From assembly GCA_977017645.1 (NCBI GenBank), contig OZ360245.1:6944001-7008000 (forward strand): DNA of 64,000 bases, in the 5' to 3' direction. A program made the position numbers and the translations under genes. Position 1 is the first letter of the stretch; every line of letters starts with the position of its first letter. Below are positions 37,345 through 51,433 of this stretch, in pieces. Source of the DNA: Torpedo marmorata. Taxonomy: Eukaryota. Under the pieces are notes generated by a model that was not told the DNA's origin, made no database searches, and worked only from the letters and a program-made list of their open reading frames with translations.

Positions 37345-39000
37345 TGTAATTGCTGATTGTCTTTCTAGATGTTAAACTTTATCAATGAAAATAGTTCATA
37401 TTGTATTTGTGGATAAACATTGTAGATTTTGTTTATATTCTGACACCTCACTTACTTTCCTAAATTTTGTTCTTGCAGACCAAAATTTCCTTTGAGGGAG
37501 GGAGGTGTTATGGACCATGACTGACCATTTGGACTGCGGACGGTTAGCAGGAAGGATGAATTCTTTTGGAGTATACACTGGGGCCAGGTACTGAAAGAGT
37601 TAACTTCCCCAGCTACTTGGTGTACCCAGACAAGATACATTGTTGCACACTTCTGGTGTACCCAGACAGAGAGAGACCAGAGAGAGAGACAGAGACAGGC
37701 TGAAGAAGATACATTTGTTTCACTTCTGCAAAAAGCAGGGGACGTCATCAGAGAAGAAAACAAGTATTTGTAAGCATAATCAGTCATTGTCTCTCTCCAA
37801 CGTTCATTCAGAAGTACTTCTACCAGACCCAGAGCTGAAGTGAAGCCTGAACTTAGAGAGTGAATCTTGTGGACTGTTTATCTTTTTTTTGACTGACTTG
37901 TTGTTTTATGACTGACCTGGGGTTTTTGGGGAAAGTTTTTCCATTTTTTTTCATAAGGGTTGGGCACAGACTGTAATGGTCTGGGCTTTACACACACACA
38001 CATACACCTTTTAGATAAGAATAGAGTTTATAGACGTTTATAGTGGGGTTAATTGTTGTGAAATTATATGTTTACTTGTGTTTAATAAATAATAATTTCA
38101 GTTTTACCCCTTTTGCATTGCGTCTTCTGTCGTTGCTGGTTTGATTCTGTAACACTATGCATCCTGGAGCAGAACCCATACTGAGGATACAAGCATGCCT
38201 CATGCTCAGAGTGACTCAAAATAACCTGCCAACAATTGTTATCACATCACACTCCAAAAAGAAAACAGCATTATGTTATTGAATTCCATTGCATATGCTT
38301 TAGCAAAGGTGACCAACTGGGAAGGGATTTAGTCCTTTCATGTTCCTATAAATGTTCTACGGTGTTGTAATTGGTCTATCAATAGATTTAAATATTTAAG
38401 ACAGCACTCTTTGAGCCCATAAGTTAGAGATGGGATAGGACCTACAGTAGGATTTACTGTGGTCTATTTATTCAGCAGTGTACTTGAACCATGTGTTACA
38501 ATAAATAATCAGTGAAGAGAATCTGTTTAAGGAGTGTCTCTACGAACCAAAACATTTTTTGTTTTGGCTGCTAAAGACTCTCTGTGGTAACTTCTACTTT
38601 GAAAAAGGACCACTCAACAACTTCAAGTTCAAAAGAATAACTTTATCTGGAACAGCAAAACCATACATATACAGAGGCTTGTTTTCTTCCTCTGTTTCTT
38701 TTCCTCTGGAACACATGGCATGGTCTCAAAGCTATATACAAGGCACACCGGAAGTAAAAGCAAACAGGAAGTAAAACCTCTCCCTTACTCTGGAACCAGC
38801 CTCACTTTAAGAACAACTCACATTACAACACTTCTCCCCCCTTAAAATCCAACATGCCCCAAATATAAAAGAACAATGGTGTCATTAGCTTGCGTTCTCC
38901 TAAAACTTATAATAACGTCTCAGCAACAATTTAATAATATAAAAACATCTGAAAAACGTGGCAGATTCCACATTCAGTCTACTAAAAAAAAACTGTCCAA

Positions 39001-42000
39001 TCAAAGATCCAGTCTGTCAGGAGGTTTGCGAGTGCGCTGTGATCTGTGCACTACCCCCGATGACCCAGCAGGCACCGCTGACTAAAGTATTTTGGGCGGA
39101 TCTGGTGTTGGGGGCATAAAAGGGGTCTGTGTGTCCGTGTGGGAATGTCCATCCTCTTCAGGGGACCCAGACCCCTCTGCCAGCTTCTCTCTCTCTCTGG
39201 CAAAGTCACTGGGGAACACACTTCCACAGTAGTCTGTCTCACCATTGGAAACTCCATGGAGCTCTCCGCCTCTGAGTATGTGTCATGACACAAGCGCACA
39301 TCGTTCTGATGTCTGCAGAAAACACGTCCGTCAGTCAACTTAACAACATAGGAGACGGGCCCACTCTGCTTAAGAATAACCCTGGGTCGACATTGCTGAT
39401 TGTTTCTCACATAGACCTTGTCATCTGGTTTTAACTGTCTTTCTCGCGCAAGTTGATCATGTCTCTCCTTCTGCTTTTGCTGCTTCCTCTCCACCCTTGC
39501 CTTCATGTCCGGGCGCAGCAGGTTCAATCTTGACTTGGGCCTACGCCCCAACAGCATCTCCGCTGGAGTGTGTGCAGTTGTAGTCTGCGGCGTAAGGCGG
39601 TATTTAAACAAGAAACATGAAAGCCTGATGCTAAGAGAGTCCCCTGTCATCCTCTTCAGGCCTTCCTTTACTGTCTGAACAGCCCGCTCAGCCAAACCAT
39701 TTGAGGCTGGGTGGAAAGGGGCCGTCCGAATGTGATGAATGCCATTCTACTGCATGAACTCACTGAACAGAGCTTGGGAGCTGAATGTCCAAGGATACAC
39801 AGTGTATAGGAAAGATAGGCAGGTAGGTAGAGGGGGTGGCGTGGCCCTGATGGTAAGCAATGATATTAAATCACTAGAAAGAAGGGACATAGGGTCAGAA
39901 GTGGTAGAATCCTTATGGGTTGAGTTAAGAAATGGCAAGGGTAAAAGAACCCTATTAACAGTTATATACAGCCCCCAAACAGCAGCCGGGAAGTGGACTA
40001 CGAGTTACAGATGGAAATAGAAAAAGCGTGTCAGAAGGAAAATGTCAAAATAATTATGGGGGATTTTAAAATGAAAGGGGATTGGGAAAGTCAGGAAGGT
40101 ACTGGATCTCAGGAGAGAGAGTTTGTAGAATGCCTATGGGATGGCTTTCTGGAACAGCTTGTCGATAAGCCCACCAGGGGATCAGCGGTTTCGGATTGGG
40201 TGATGTGTAATGAACCTGAGGTGATTAGGGAATTAAAGGTAATGGAACCCTTAGGAAGTAGTGATCATAATATGATTGAGTTCAGTTTCAAATTTGAAAA
40301 GGAAAAGCTGATATCAGGTGAGTCAATATTTCAGTGGAACAAAGGAAATTACAGTGGTATGAGAGAGGAACTGACCCAAGTTGACTGTAAAAGTAAGCTA
40401 GATGGAGGGACAGCAGAGCAGAATTGGATGATATTTCTACAAGAAATAAAGAAAGTGCAGGATAGATATATTCCAAGAAAAAATAAAATTATGAATGGAA
40501 AAATGGCACAAATGTGGCTAACAAGAGAGGTTAAGGCTAAAATAAAAGCAAAAGGGAGGGCATACAAGGAAGCAAAAATTAGTGGAAAAACAGAGGACTG
40601 GGAAACTTTTAAAAACTTACAGAAAGAGACAAAGAAAGTCATTAGGAAAGAAAAGATGAATTATGAAAGGAAGTTGGCAAATAATATACAAAAGGATTCT
40701 AAGAGAGTTTTAAAAAATATATAAAGAGTAAAAGAGAGACATGGGTAGATATAGGACCGATTGAAAATGATGCTGGAGGAATTATAATGGGTAACAAAGA
40801 AATGGCAGAGGAACTAAATGAGTCTTTTGCGTCAATCTTCACTGAGGAAGACAATAGCAATATACCTAATAGTCAGAGGTCGCAGGGAAATGAATTAAGT
40901 AGTCAGGATTACTAGAGAGATAGTACTTGGTAAGCTGAATGGACAAAAGATAGATACATCTCCCGGACTGCATGAGGTGCACCCACGGGTTCTGAAGGAG
41001 GTGGCTTTAGAGATTGTGGAGGCATTGGAAATGATTTTCCAGAAATCAATAGACTCTGGCATGGTTCCGGAGGATTGGAAGGTTGCAAATGTAATTCCGC
41101 TGTTTAAGAAAGGAGGGAGGCAGAAAAAAGGAAATTATAGGCTTATTAGTCTGACGTTGGTAGTTGGAAAGTTATTGGAGTCGATCCTCAAGGATGAGGT
41201 TATGAAATACCTCGAGGTGCATGACATGATAGATCCAAACCAGCATGGTTTCATGAAGGGAAGATCCTGCCTGACCAACCTATTGGAATTTTTTGAGGAA
41301 ATCTCAAGTAGGATGGACAAGGGAGAGGCTGTGGATGTTGTGTATTTGGATTTTCAAAAGGCCTTTGATAAGGTGCCGCATAAGAGGCTGCTTAATAAGA
41401 TGAGAGCCCATGGAATTACAGGAAAGATATTAGATTGGGTGGAGCATTGGCTGATAGGCAGGAAGCAAAGGGTGGGAATAAAGGGATCCTGTTCTGGTTG
41501 GTTGCCGGTTACTAGTGGTGTTCCGCAAGGGTCAGTGTTGGGGCCGCTTCTTTTTACAATGTATATTGATGATTTAGATTATGGATTGAATGGTTTTGTG
41601 GCTAAGTTTGCAGATGACACCAAGATAGGTGGTGGAGTGTTGAAGAAACCGAAAGGTTGCAGAGAGACTTGGGCAGCTTAGGAGAGTGGGCAAAGAAATG
41701 GCAGATGAGATACAATGTTGAGAAATGTACGGTTGTACATTTTGGAAGAGGAAATAAACAGGCAGATTATTATTTAGATGGGGATAAAATTCAAAATTCG
41801 GAAGTGCAAAGGGACTTGGGGGTCCTCGTGCAGGATAAACTAAAGGTTAACCACCAGGTTGGATCGGCAGTAAAGAAAGCAAATGCTATGTTGGCATTCA
41901 TTTCAAGAGGAATAGTGTGTAAGAGTAAAGAGGTGTTGATGAGGCTCTATGGGGCACTGGTGAGACCTAATTTGGAGTACTGTGTGCAGTTTTGGGCCCC

Positions 42001-45000
42001 TTATCTTAGAAGGGATGTAATGATGTTGGAGAGAGTACAGAGAAGATTTACCAGGATGATTCCTGGAATGCAAGGGCTAACATATGAGGAACGTTTAGCA
42101 GCTCTTGGACTGTATTCATTGGAGTATAGAAGAATGAGAGGGGATCTCATAGAAACATTTCGAATGCTGAAAGGATTGGACAGAGTAGATGTGAATAAGA
42201 TGTTTCCCTTGGTGGGTGAATCCAGGAGAAGAGAGCACAGTCTTAGAATTAGAAGGTACCCATTTAGAACCGAGATGAGGAGGAGTTTCTTTAGCCAGAG
42301 GGTCGTGGATTTGTGGAATTCGTTGCCACATAAAGCTGTGGAGGCCCGATCATTGTGGGATTTTAAGGAGGAGATTGATAGGTATCTAATTAGTCAGGGT
42401 ATCAAGGGATACGGGGAAAAAGGCCCGAAATTGAAATTAGATGTGAGAGCAGTTTAGCTTAGGGTGGAGTTGCGGAGCAGACTCGATAGGCCGAATGGCC
42501 TACTTCTGTTCCTTTATCTTGTGAACAGCTCACTGGTAAACGTCACGCCATTATCAGTGACCAGAGTGTCAGGCAACCCCTGGACTGCAAACACTTGCCT
42601 GAGTTTGTCTATGGTTGAGTGGGCTGTAATATTGCCCATGATGTGAGCTTCTATCCATTTGGAATGCGCATCCACCATTACTAGAAACATCTGCCCCATA
42701 AGAGGGCCAGCAAAGTCCAAATGTAGCCTAGACCAGGGGCGGTCTGGCCACTCCCATGGGTGCAAAGGAGCTGCTGGTGGCATTTTCTGACTGATCTGAC
42801 ATTGCGTGCATGATTTTACCTTGTTCTCCAGATCCTGATCCATTTTTGGCCACCAGACGTAGGATCTTGCAAGGCTTTTCATTCGAGACACCCCTGGATG
42901 AGTCTCATGAACTTCCTCCACAATCTTTGAAAGGCCAGGGGGAGGCACGATGACCCTCGCCACCCAGAAAATGCAGCCATCCTGCAAAACTCAATTCTGT
43001 CTTACGTTTGGCATAAGGCTTCAGTTCCTCTCCTTCCACGATACTGGGCCATCCTTGTAAAAGGAAAGTCTTGACTTGAGACAGGACTGGGTCCCTCTCT
43101 GTCCACTGCTTTATCTGAGTTGCCTTTACAGGTGTCTCTGACAGCCTCTTCAATGAAAACACCGTCTCTGGAGGCACATATGTAGAATCCAGTGTCTCAG
43201 GTAATGGTAGACGACTCAGCGCATCGGCATTTGCATTATCCCCACCTGCTCTGAACACAATAGTGTACTGGTAGGCTGACAATGTGAGAGCCCAACGCTG
43301 TATCCTTGCTGAGGCTAGCAGTGGGACGCATCTGGTCTCACTGAACAGGCTCATCAGTGGTTTATTATCAGTATAAATTGTGAATGCATGTCCATAAAGG
43401 TACTGATGAAAACGTTTGACCGAAAAAACAATGGCCAGACCTTCTTTGTCTCACTGTGAATATCCCTTCCCAGCAGCCGTCTGGGTAAGTGAAGCAAAAC
43501 CAATAGGCTTCTCTGAACGGTCCTCCATTACATGTGAGAGAACTGCCCCTACTCTACAGGGCGAGGCATCACATGTGAGGGTAATCTCCTTATCTGGGTC
43601 ATAGTGAACCAGCAGCTTCGTTGAGTGGAGGAGTTCTTTCACGTCCTTGAAAGCTTCCTCCTGCTCTTCACTCCACTGCCACTTGGTGTTATTGTGAAAC
43701 AGCTTGTACAGTGGGGCCAAAACCCTTGAGAGGTCAGGAAGAAACTTGCCATAATAATTCACCATGCCCAAAAATAATCTAAGTTCCGTGACGCTTTTTG
43801 GGCTTGGGGCCTCCTTGATAGCTCTCACTTTGTCCTCTGCCAGGCAGAGCCCCTCAGCTGTGATCTTGTGCCCCAGGTAGGTCACACTCGGTGCCAGTAA
43901 CACACATTTGCCGTGTTTCAATCACAGCCATTCATCTGAGAGCATCTTCAACACCTGTTCCAAGTTAGCCAGATGCTCCACCTCCGTGATCAAAATATCA
44001 TCCAGGTACACCGCTACGTGCGGAATCCCCTGCAGCAAGGTGTCCATTGTCCTTTGGAAAATGGCGGGGCTTGACGCCACTCCAAACACCAGGCGATTGT
44101 ATTTAAATAATCCCTTATGCGTGTTAATTGTGACGTACTCCTTTGAATCCTCATCGAGCAGCAGCTGTTGGTAAGAGTGGCTCATGTCCAGCTTTGTGAA
44201 TAGCTTACCCCCTGACAGGGTCGCAAACAGGTCATCCACCCGTGGCAATGGGTACTCCTCCAGCTTAGAGACCTGATTCACCGTAAGCTTATAGTCCCCA
44301 CATATCCTCACCATTTTGTCTGCCTTCAAAACTGGAACAATGGGAGCCGCCCACCTTGAAAACTGGACAGACTCAATGATGCCCAACCGCTGTAAACATT
44401 TCAGCTCCTCCTCAACCTTGTCTTTCATGGCATAGGGCACCGCCCTGGGCTTAAAAAAAACGTGGTGTGGCCTCAGGGTCAACATTGAGTTTCACTGTCA
44501 CGCCATTCAATGTGCCCAGCTCATCCCTGAAAACGTCACTGTACCACTGCAGAATGTCCTCCGCCGTGTATACATACTTAATTTCATACCAGTTGAGCCG
44601 GATTTTGCGAAGCCAATCGCGGCCCAAAAGACTGGGCCCGCTACCCTTAGCTATCACCAGCCTGGCTTCCGCCTTCTGACCCTCGTCTGAAATATCCACA
44701 TATAACACCCCTAAATGAGGTATGGGCTGCCCCATATAGGTCCTGAGTTTGAGCTTTGACGGTCTGATGGGAGGCAGGTTGGACCCTCATGTCCTCCTGT
44801 AGGTCTCCTCACTGACGACCGATGCTGTGGCCCCTGAAACAATCTCAAACTTAATATCCTTTCCCTTGACAGTGACTGTGGCAGAATATGGTTCAGGTGG
44901 TTCCTCATCTGCTTCCACTCCAAACATATTGTAAGCACACGCTGTCTCTTCATCTGCTTCTTCTAGGTAGTGTGTGGCTGCCGGAGCTTTCCCCTGCCCA

Positions 45001-45729
45001 GGCTTAACCTTACCCTTTGAACTCCTGCACTTCTTAGCTAAATGTCCCTTTTTGCTACAACCATAGCAGACAGTGTCTTTGAATTTGCAATCATTTGCAT
45101 AGTGCGTCCCTCCCCACCGAAAACATTCCACCCGCTTTGCCTGTATACCAGTCTCCCTCCTGACTTGGTACACTGCCGCTGACTGCGACACCCCATGTCC
45201 TTTCTGGATATCCTTTTCATTATTAGCAGCCATCTCCATGCCTTGGGCAATCTCTAGGGCTTTCTTGAAAGTCAGCGGTGGGGTTTCCCCCAACAAGCGG
45301 CGTTGTATGGCGTCATTATTAATGTCGCATACCAATCTATCATGGAGCATATCATCCAGTACTGCCTCGAAATCACAATGCTCCGATAGCTGCCGAAGCT
45401 CGGCCACGAAATTGGCCACAGACTGACTTGGCTTCCTAAAAAGGCTGTGAAACTTAAACCGTTGAACTATCACAGAAGGTTTTGGATTGTGGTGGTTCCC
45501 CACGAGCTTGACCAGTTCGTCAAATGGAATTTCCCCCGGTTTCTGCGGTGTGGCTAAGTTCCTTATCAAAGACTTACGTCTTTTCTCCACACACACTCAT
45601 GAGAATAGAGCGCTTCTTAACCTCCTCAGTAATTCCATTAGAACAGTAAAAGTGTCCCAACCTTTCCTCATACTCCGGCCAATCCTCATTTCCTTCCACG
45701 AATTCACTGATAATCCCAAACGTAGCCAT
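39001..45729 (-). pseudogene. Fragmented gag-pol of element 4, interrupted by CR1
   Basis: MATFG start at 45729; CYGC knuckle; YLDD; TCDAS; HETHPG..CTQC; TDNG; AERAVQ; PDRLDL* end. Confidence 0.9.
39771..42521 (+). mobile_element. CR1 LINE (partial endonuclease plus RT), 5'-truncated, nested in element 4 integrase
   Basis: GSSDHN, YLDFQKAFD, GVPQGS, FADD, RPNLEYC; TSD TGAACAG at 39764-39770 and 42522-42528. Confidence 0.94.
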
Positions 45730-46396
45730 CCGAACGCACAGCTCTGGTTCGAAACGGGTCGACACTTCCACAAAACCAGTTCACCTCGTCGCCAAAAATA
45801 TGTGATAACTTCTACTTTGAAAAAGGACCACTCAACAACTTCAAGCTCAAAAGAACAACTTTATCTTGAACAGGAAAACCATATATATACAGAGGCTTGT
45901 TTTCTTCCTCTGTTTCTTTTCCTCTGGAACACACGGCATGGTCTCAAAGCTATATATAAGGCACACCGGAAGTAAAAGCAAACAGGAAGTAAAACCCATC
46001 CCTTACTCCGGAACCAGCCTCACTTTAAAAACAACTCGCATTACAACACTCTCCTTAAGCCCCTCAAGTTTGAGGGCAGGGCTTCTGCCTCCTGCATTGC
46101 CCTGAACTCACAGGCCCTACCTTCTGTGCTATTTTTACTTATTGCCCCAGCGAAGGTGGGGGTGTTTCACTTTCTTCAACCACTGCGGTTCTCCGGGAGG
46201 GTACTCCCTAAATGCTGTCAGGAGTGAGTTCCAGGATTTACACCCAGCAACAATGAAGCAATGGCAGTATATTTCCAAGTCAGGATGGTGAATAAGGGAC
46301 AGAATCTCCTGGGGCGAAGTTCTCATGTGCCTGCTACCTTTGTCCTTCTTGTATAACAGGGTATTTGCTGTGAATCATGCTGGAAATTTGTGAGTA

Positions 46397-46609
46397 CAGT
46401 AAAATCCCCGTTATCCGGAATTCAAGAAACTGGCAAAAAAATTGTGGAAAATAAATAGGTAAAAAATGCGAACGTTTAAAATTGACCCTCCCCCCCCCCG
46501 CCAGCGGTCAGTTCACCAATCACTCAACACACAATCTCAAGTAACCGTAAAATTCACTTATCTGGCATCTACCTATCCCCATAGGTGCCGGATACCAGGG
46601 GTTTTACTG
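46397..46609. mobile_element. Tc1/mariner (Tigger/pogo-like) MITE
   Basis: Imperfect TIRs CAGTAAAATCCCCGTTATCCGG and CCGGATACCAGGGGTTTTACTG, flanked by TA. Confidence 0.8.
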
Positions 46610-46867
46610 TATAAGGGAAGTGGGTAGTTTGGGAAAGAAAATTGTAACTATATGGGATCAGGTTTGGTCAGGACTGGCTCTGATGTGGTCAGACTCTTAT
46701 TTTATACCTGATTTCACTCTCTGTCCCAAGATCCAACTCATTGGCTGATGCAGTGCTGCCAATAAAGAATCTGATGAAAACATTACAACACTGATTGAAG
46801 GTCCACATGAAGACCTTGGAAAATGTGGACCTCTTATATATTGGGAACAAATTCTCAATTATAGCAG

Positions 46868-46950
46868 ACTGATGAAGGTTATTGACCTGAAACATTAGCT
46901 GTTTCTCTTGATGCACTTGAGCTTTCCAGCAGTTTCTGTTTTTATCTTTG
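46868..46950 (+). mobile_element. Old Penelope-derived fragment with hammerhead core
   Basis: CTGATGAAGGTTATTGACCTGAAAC followed by a pLTR-type tail. Confidence 0.6.
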
Positions 46951-47013
46951 ATTCTATAATCAGATGGCACCATTAATAGTGTGCTAGAATATTTTTATTC
47001 ATACACGATTCTT

Positions 47014-49842
47014 TTTTTTTTTTTTTATAATTTTATTTAAATTTTAAAATCACAAAATACATGAATCAAAAATAGTATATTATTCAAAATACATGTGATA
47101 TATTACCTCCCCCCTCCCACCCTCCCCTCCCCCCCAACACTATTCTAAAAAAAAAAGGAGAGAAAAAAAAAGAATGTTAGTTATAAAGAAAAAAAAGAAA
47201 GAATTGAATAATAAAGAATTAAAGAGTTAAAGTGAGGAGAAAACAAATTACAAGCTAATTCTATTTATATATTGGAGGTTATTTTTGCCAGCGGTACCAA
47301 CTTCTAGAGAATTAATTCATACCCATAATTCTCATATATGGGCTCCAAATTTTCAAAAAGAAATGATAATTATTCCGTAAATTATATGTAATTTTTTCCA
47401 ATGGTGTACAAGAACGTAATTCTGCATGTAATCTATCTAAATTCAAATCTAAATCTGATTTCCAAGTAATAGCGATACATTTTTTTGAAACCGCTAAGAC
47501 AATTCGTAAAAATTCTATTTGATACATATTCAATCTATTTCTAATACTAAATTTTTTAATATCTCCAAATAAAAATAACATAGGGTCCATTGGAACCGTA
47601 ATATTAAAAATTCTATCCAAAAAATCTTTAACTTTAGACCAAAAATTTTGAATTTTTAAACATGACCATGTACAGTGTACAAAAGAACCTATTTCATCCT
47701 TACATCTAAAACACATATCTGATAGTGCCGGGTTAAATTTCTTTAATTTTTTAGGTGTTAAATATAATTGATGAAAAAAATTATATTGTACTAATCTATA
47801 TCTAACATTAATAATTTTAGTCATACTCAATTTACATAATTCTTTCCAATGTTTTTCATCTATATTAATATTTAAATCTGATTCCCAACTTAATCTTGAT
47901 TTATGTAATCCTACCTCAGGCATTTTTCTCTGAAGTAATTTATACATTTGTGATATAAATTTGTTAACATTTCCATTAGTAATTAATAATTCTAATCCAT
48001 CCTGTCTTGGAGTTGTTAATTGATTCCCCAATTTCTCAACTAAAAATCCTCTAACCTGATAGTAAGCCAAAATTGTATTATCCATTATTCCAAATTTTTC
48101 TTTCAACCTAGAAAATGTAACAAATCTTCCAGCCTCAAAACAATCTTTAATCTTCTTAATTCCTTTTTGAAACCATAGTTTTAAAAATTGCTTATCAATA
48201 GAAAAAGGTAACAATAAATTCTGATACAATGGCATATTCAGAGATAATGACCCTTTTCGTCCTATCTCATTGTCTAACTGAGTCCAGATTTCCAATAAAT
48301 GTTTAATAATCGGTGATTTTTTCTTTTTAACTAATAATAATTTAGAATTCCATTTATAAATAATATCTTCTTTATATCTTTCCTCTATATTATTCAATTC
48401 TATATTAATCCAAGCAGTAGATTTAGTTAAATCAAAAAATTCATTAATAAACTTTAATTGAGCTGCCTTATAATAATATTGAAAATTGGGGAGTTGTAAT
48501 CCACGCATCTCGTATTCCCAAGTTAATTTATCCATACTTACTCTTGCTAATTTTCCTTTCCATAGAAATTTTCTAATAATAGTTTTTAAATCTTTAAAAA
48601 AATTTTGAGGAATTCCAAAAGGAATAGATTAAAAAAGATATTGAACTCTTGGAAAAATATTCATTTTAATACAATTCACTCTTCCCATTAAGGTAATAGG
48701 TAAATCTTTCCAATTCTCCAAATCTTTCTTTATTTTCTGAAATAAAGGTACATAATTTAATTTATATAAATTTTCCAATTTTGTATCTACTTTAACTCCC
48801 AGATATTTAATTCCTTCTTTAGCCCATTTAAATCCTGTAACTTCTTTACATTTAGTATAATCTCCTTGAGATAAAGCCATTATTTCACTCTTATCTGAAT
48901 TTATTTTGTAACCAGATATCTCACCATACTCCCTCAATATCTTAGCTAATTGTTGAAGCGATCCAATAGATTTCATCATATATATTAATACATCATCTGC
49001 AAATAAACTAATTTTATGTTCTTCTGCACCTACTTTAATCCCATTTATATTAATATCTTTCCTAATCACTTCAGCCAACGGTTCTATTGCCAATACAAAT
49101 AAAGCAGGTGATAAAGGGCATCCTTGTCTTGTTGACCTCAACAAAGGGAATTTAGATGATATCTGACCATTTGTAATTACTCTAGCTGTAGGTTCTTTAT
49201 ATATAGTTTTAATCCAATTTATAAAAGTATTCCCAAATCCATATTTCTCTAAAACCTTAAATAAAAAATTCCATTCTAATCTATCAAATGCTTTTTCTGC
49301 ATCTAATGTTATCACCAGCGGCAAATCCTGTTTCCTTTTTTGCAAGTTAATTAAACTTATTAATCTTGCTATATTATCCTTCGAATATCTATTTTTAATA
49401 AATCCTGCTTGATCTGAATGTATTAAAAACGGTAAAAACTTAGCTAGTCTGTTTGTCAAAATTTTTGCCATTAATTTATAATCTACATTCAACAGTGATA
49501 TAGGTCTGTATGACTCAGTTTTTAATACATCTCTATCTTTCTTTGGTATAACTGTAATAATAGCATTTAAAAAAGTTTTCGGTAATAAATGAGTTTCCTT
49601 AATTTGAGTCAATACTTCCATATATATAGGTATCAGTAAGTCTTTAAACTTCTTATAAAACTCTATCGGAAATCCATCATCACCAGGAGATTTACCACTT
49701 TTCAATGACGATAAAGCTTCAACTACTTCTCTCATTGTAATAGGTAAATCTAACATATCTCTATTAAAATTATTTAATTTAGGCAATGTAATTTTAGATA
49801 AAAAATTATCAATTTTTGTAACATCCTGATCAATCTGCGAAG
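47014..49842 (-). mobile_element. AT-rich L1-clade LINE, 5'-truncated, young
   Basis: RT KSPGDDG, LDAEKAFD, RQGCPLSP, FADD; ORFs 48629-49786 and 47312-48535 share a frame, split by one TAA; poly(A); 16-bp TSD TTCATACACGATTCTT at 46998 and 49843. Confidence 0.95.
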
Positions 49843-50089
49843 TTCATACACGATTCTTGACAGTAAGAACTGGCCACAGTCCAAAATTAGACTAGAGCCT
49901 GGTCTTTGTACTTCCAGCAGAAATGACTGAATAGTGATTTAACATGGAATTTTTAACCTTTTTTCTCTTGATCTACCTAAGGTTGTGATGATCGTTTGGT
50001 TCAGGTCCTTTGCCAAATCTGACTAAAGCTACTTCTTAGACCAAAGAGATGACAAAGACAAAATGAAGAGATGACGTGTTCAGCATATT

Positions 50090-50795
50090 TTGGTGGTGGA
50101 GCTACTGTAATGGCAGCGCTGCCGCTGGTGTGCACCCTGGAGAGCGGACACACAGCACTGCTCTGAAGGGTTAAACCATCCGGTCCTAATGCCGGCAGCT
50201 CTGTGACAGGCGTTAAACGGCCTTTTCGAGGAGCCGATGATGTTTTTGAACTAAAATCCTGAAAATGTGGGGTCTGTGCCCAAAATGGCAGCATGTGTGC
50301 TTAGCAGTGGCCACGAGGGGTTGCAGACTCCAGAGAGCAGCAAGCCGGCACAGGGCACCAGAAATGGGGAGAACCCCTGTTGAGAAGGAGAAGCAAAGGA
50401 GACGATTCTACAGGACGGTGACCACGGCGGCGGACCAGCAAGGGGCTCGGCAGCTGAGGGAACCACACAGGCTGCGGGCTACTTGCAGTCACGGGACCCA
50501 CACGGGCTGCTGGAGACTAGCTCTCGGGAACCAGGTATCAGAGCTGGGATTCGAAAGGGTGCTGAGGGCAGGAAAGGCTTCCGAAGGGCCTCAGGCGCCT
50601 AAGGCTTCCTGATCATGTTGGAGGTTTGGATCTGGAGCTTGGGTTGCCGATGGATTGAACAGGAGTCTGTGTGGCTGCAGTGTGTGTGTGGCCCAGTGTA
50701 GGAGTGGGACTTAAAGGCTTTGGCTCACGAAGGCAATTTTGTGTAATATTATATGTTCTGTACTATTACATACCAATAAAGGAATCTTGAATCTT
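50090..50795 (+). mobile_element. Diverged near-full-length copy of the GC-rich family
   Basis: Head TGTAATGGCAGCGCTGCCGCTGGTG; second head CCCAAAATGGCAGC; tail CAATAAAGGAATCTTGAATCTT. Confidence 0.82.
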
Positions 50796-51433
50796 ATAAC
50801 ATTGTGGTCTCCCAAAGTATCCTGCAGGAAAAAGAATCTTAGGGTTGTATGTGATGTCATGCATGTACTCTGACAATAAACCTGAACTTTGAACTTTGTA
50901 TTCCTTCCTCTGAACGAAGGACAAAAAATAGTATAAATTGGCAAGGCCATATAAAAGCATTCATTTTATGGTTTTGAGAACATTGACCAGGGACAGGCTC
51001 ACCATGTCTGTGTTAACCATGATGCCAATTTAAAAGAACCCCATCTACCAACAAGTGGTCTATATCCCTCCATTCCCTCTCTATTCATGCATTTGACCAA
51101 ATGCCTCTTAAACATTGCTATCATATCTGCTTTCATCATTTCTCCTGGCAACACATTCCAGGCACCTACCAGTCTCTGTGTAAAAAACTTGCCGTGCAAA
51201 TCTCTTTTACACTTTTTCCCCTCTCACCTTAAAGCTATGCTTTCTAGTATTTGATATTTCCACCCTGGGAAAAAGATGCTGATCACCTACACTATCTCTG
51301 CCTCTCATAATTTTATATACTTAAATCAGGTTACCCTTCAGTCTCTGATGCTCCAGAGAAAACAATCCAAATTTGTCCAACCCCTTACATTCGAATCCAG
51401 GCAAAATCCTGGGGTCTCCTGCAGCCTGCACAT

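Larger units (their letters stand above)
31995..38154 (+). mobile_element. Full-length Gmr1-like Gypsy LTR retrotransposon (element 3)
   Basis: ~650-bp LTRs at 31995-32644 and 37506-38154 (about 2 differences); 4-bp TSD CTAT; tRNA-Pro PBS; PPT GAGGGAGGGAGG. Confidence 0.97.
38583..46048 (-). mobile_element. Full-length Gypsy (Mag-like) LTR retrotransposon 4
   Basis: 248-bp LTRs at 38583-38830 and 45801-46048 (about 13 mismatches); TSD CTCTC; PBS TGGCGACGAGG (tRNA-Ser GCT-like) at ~45784-45794; PPT at 38831-38843. Confidence 0.95.
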
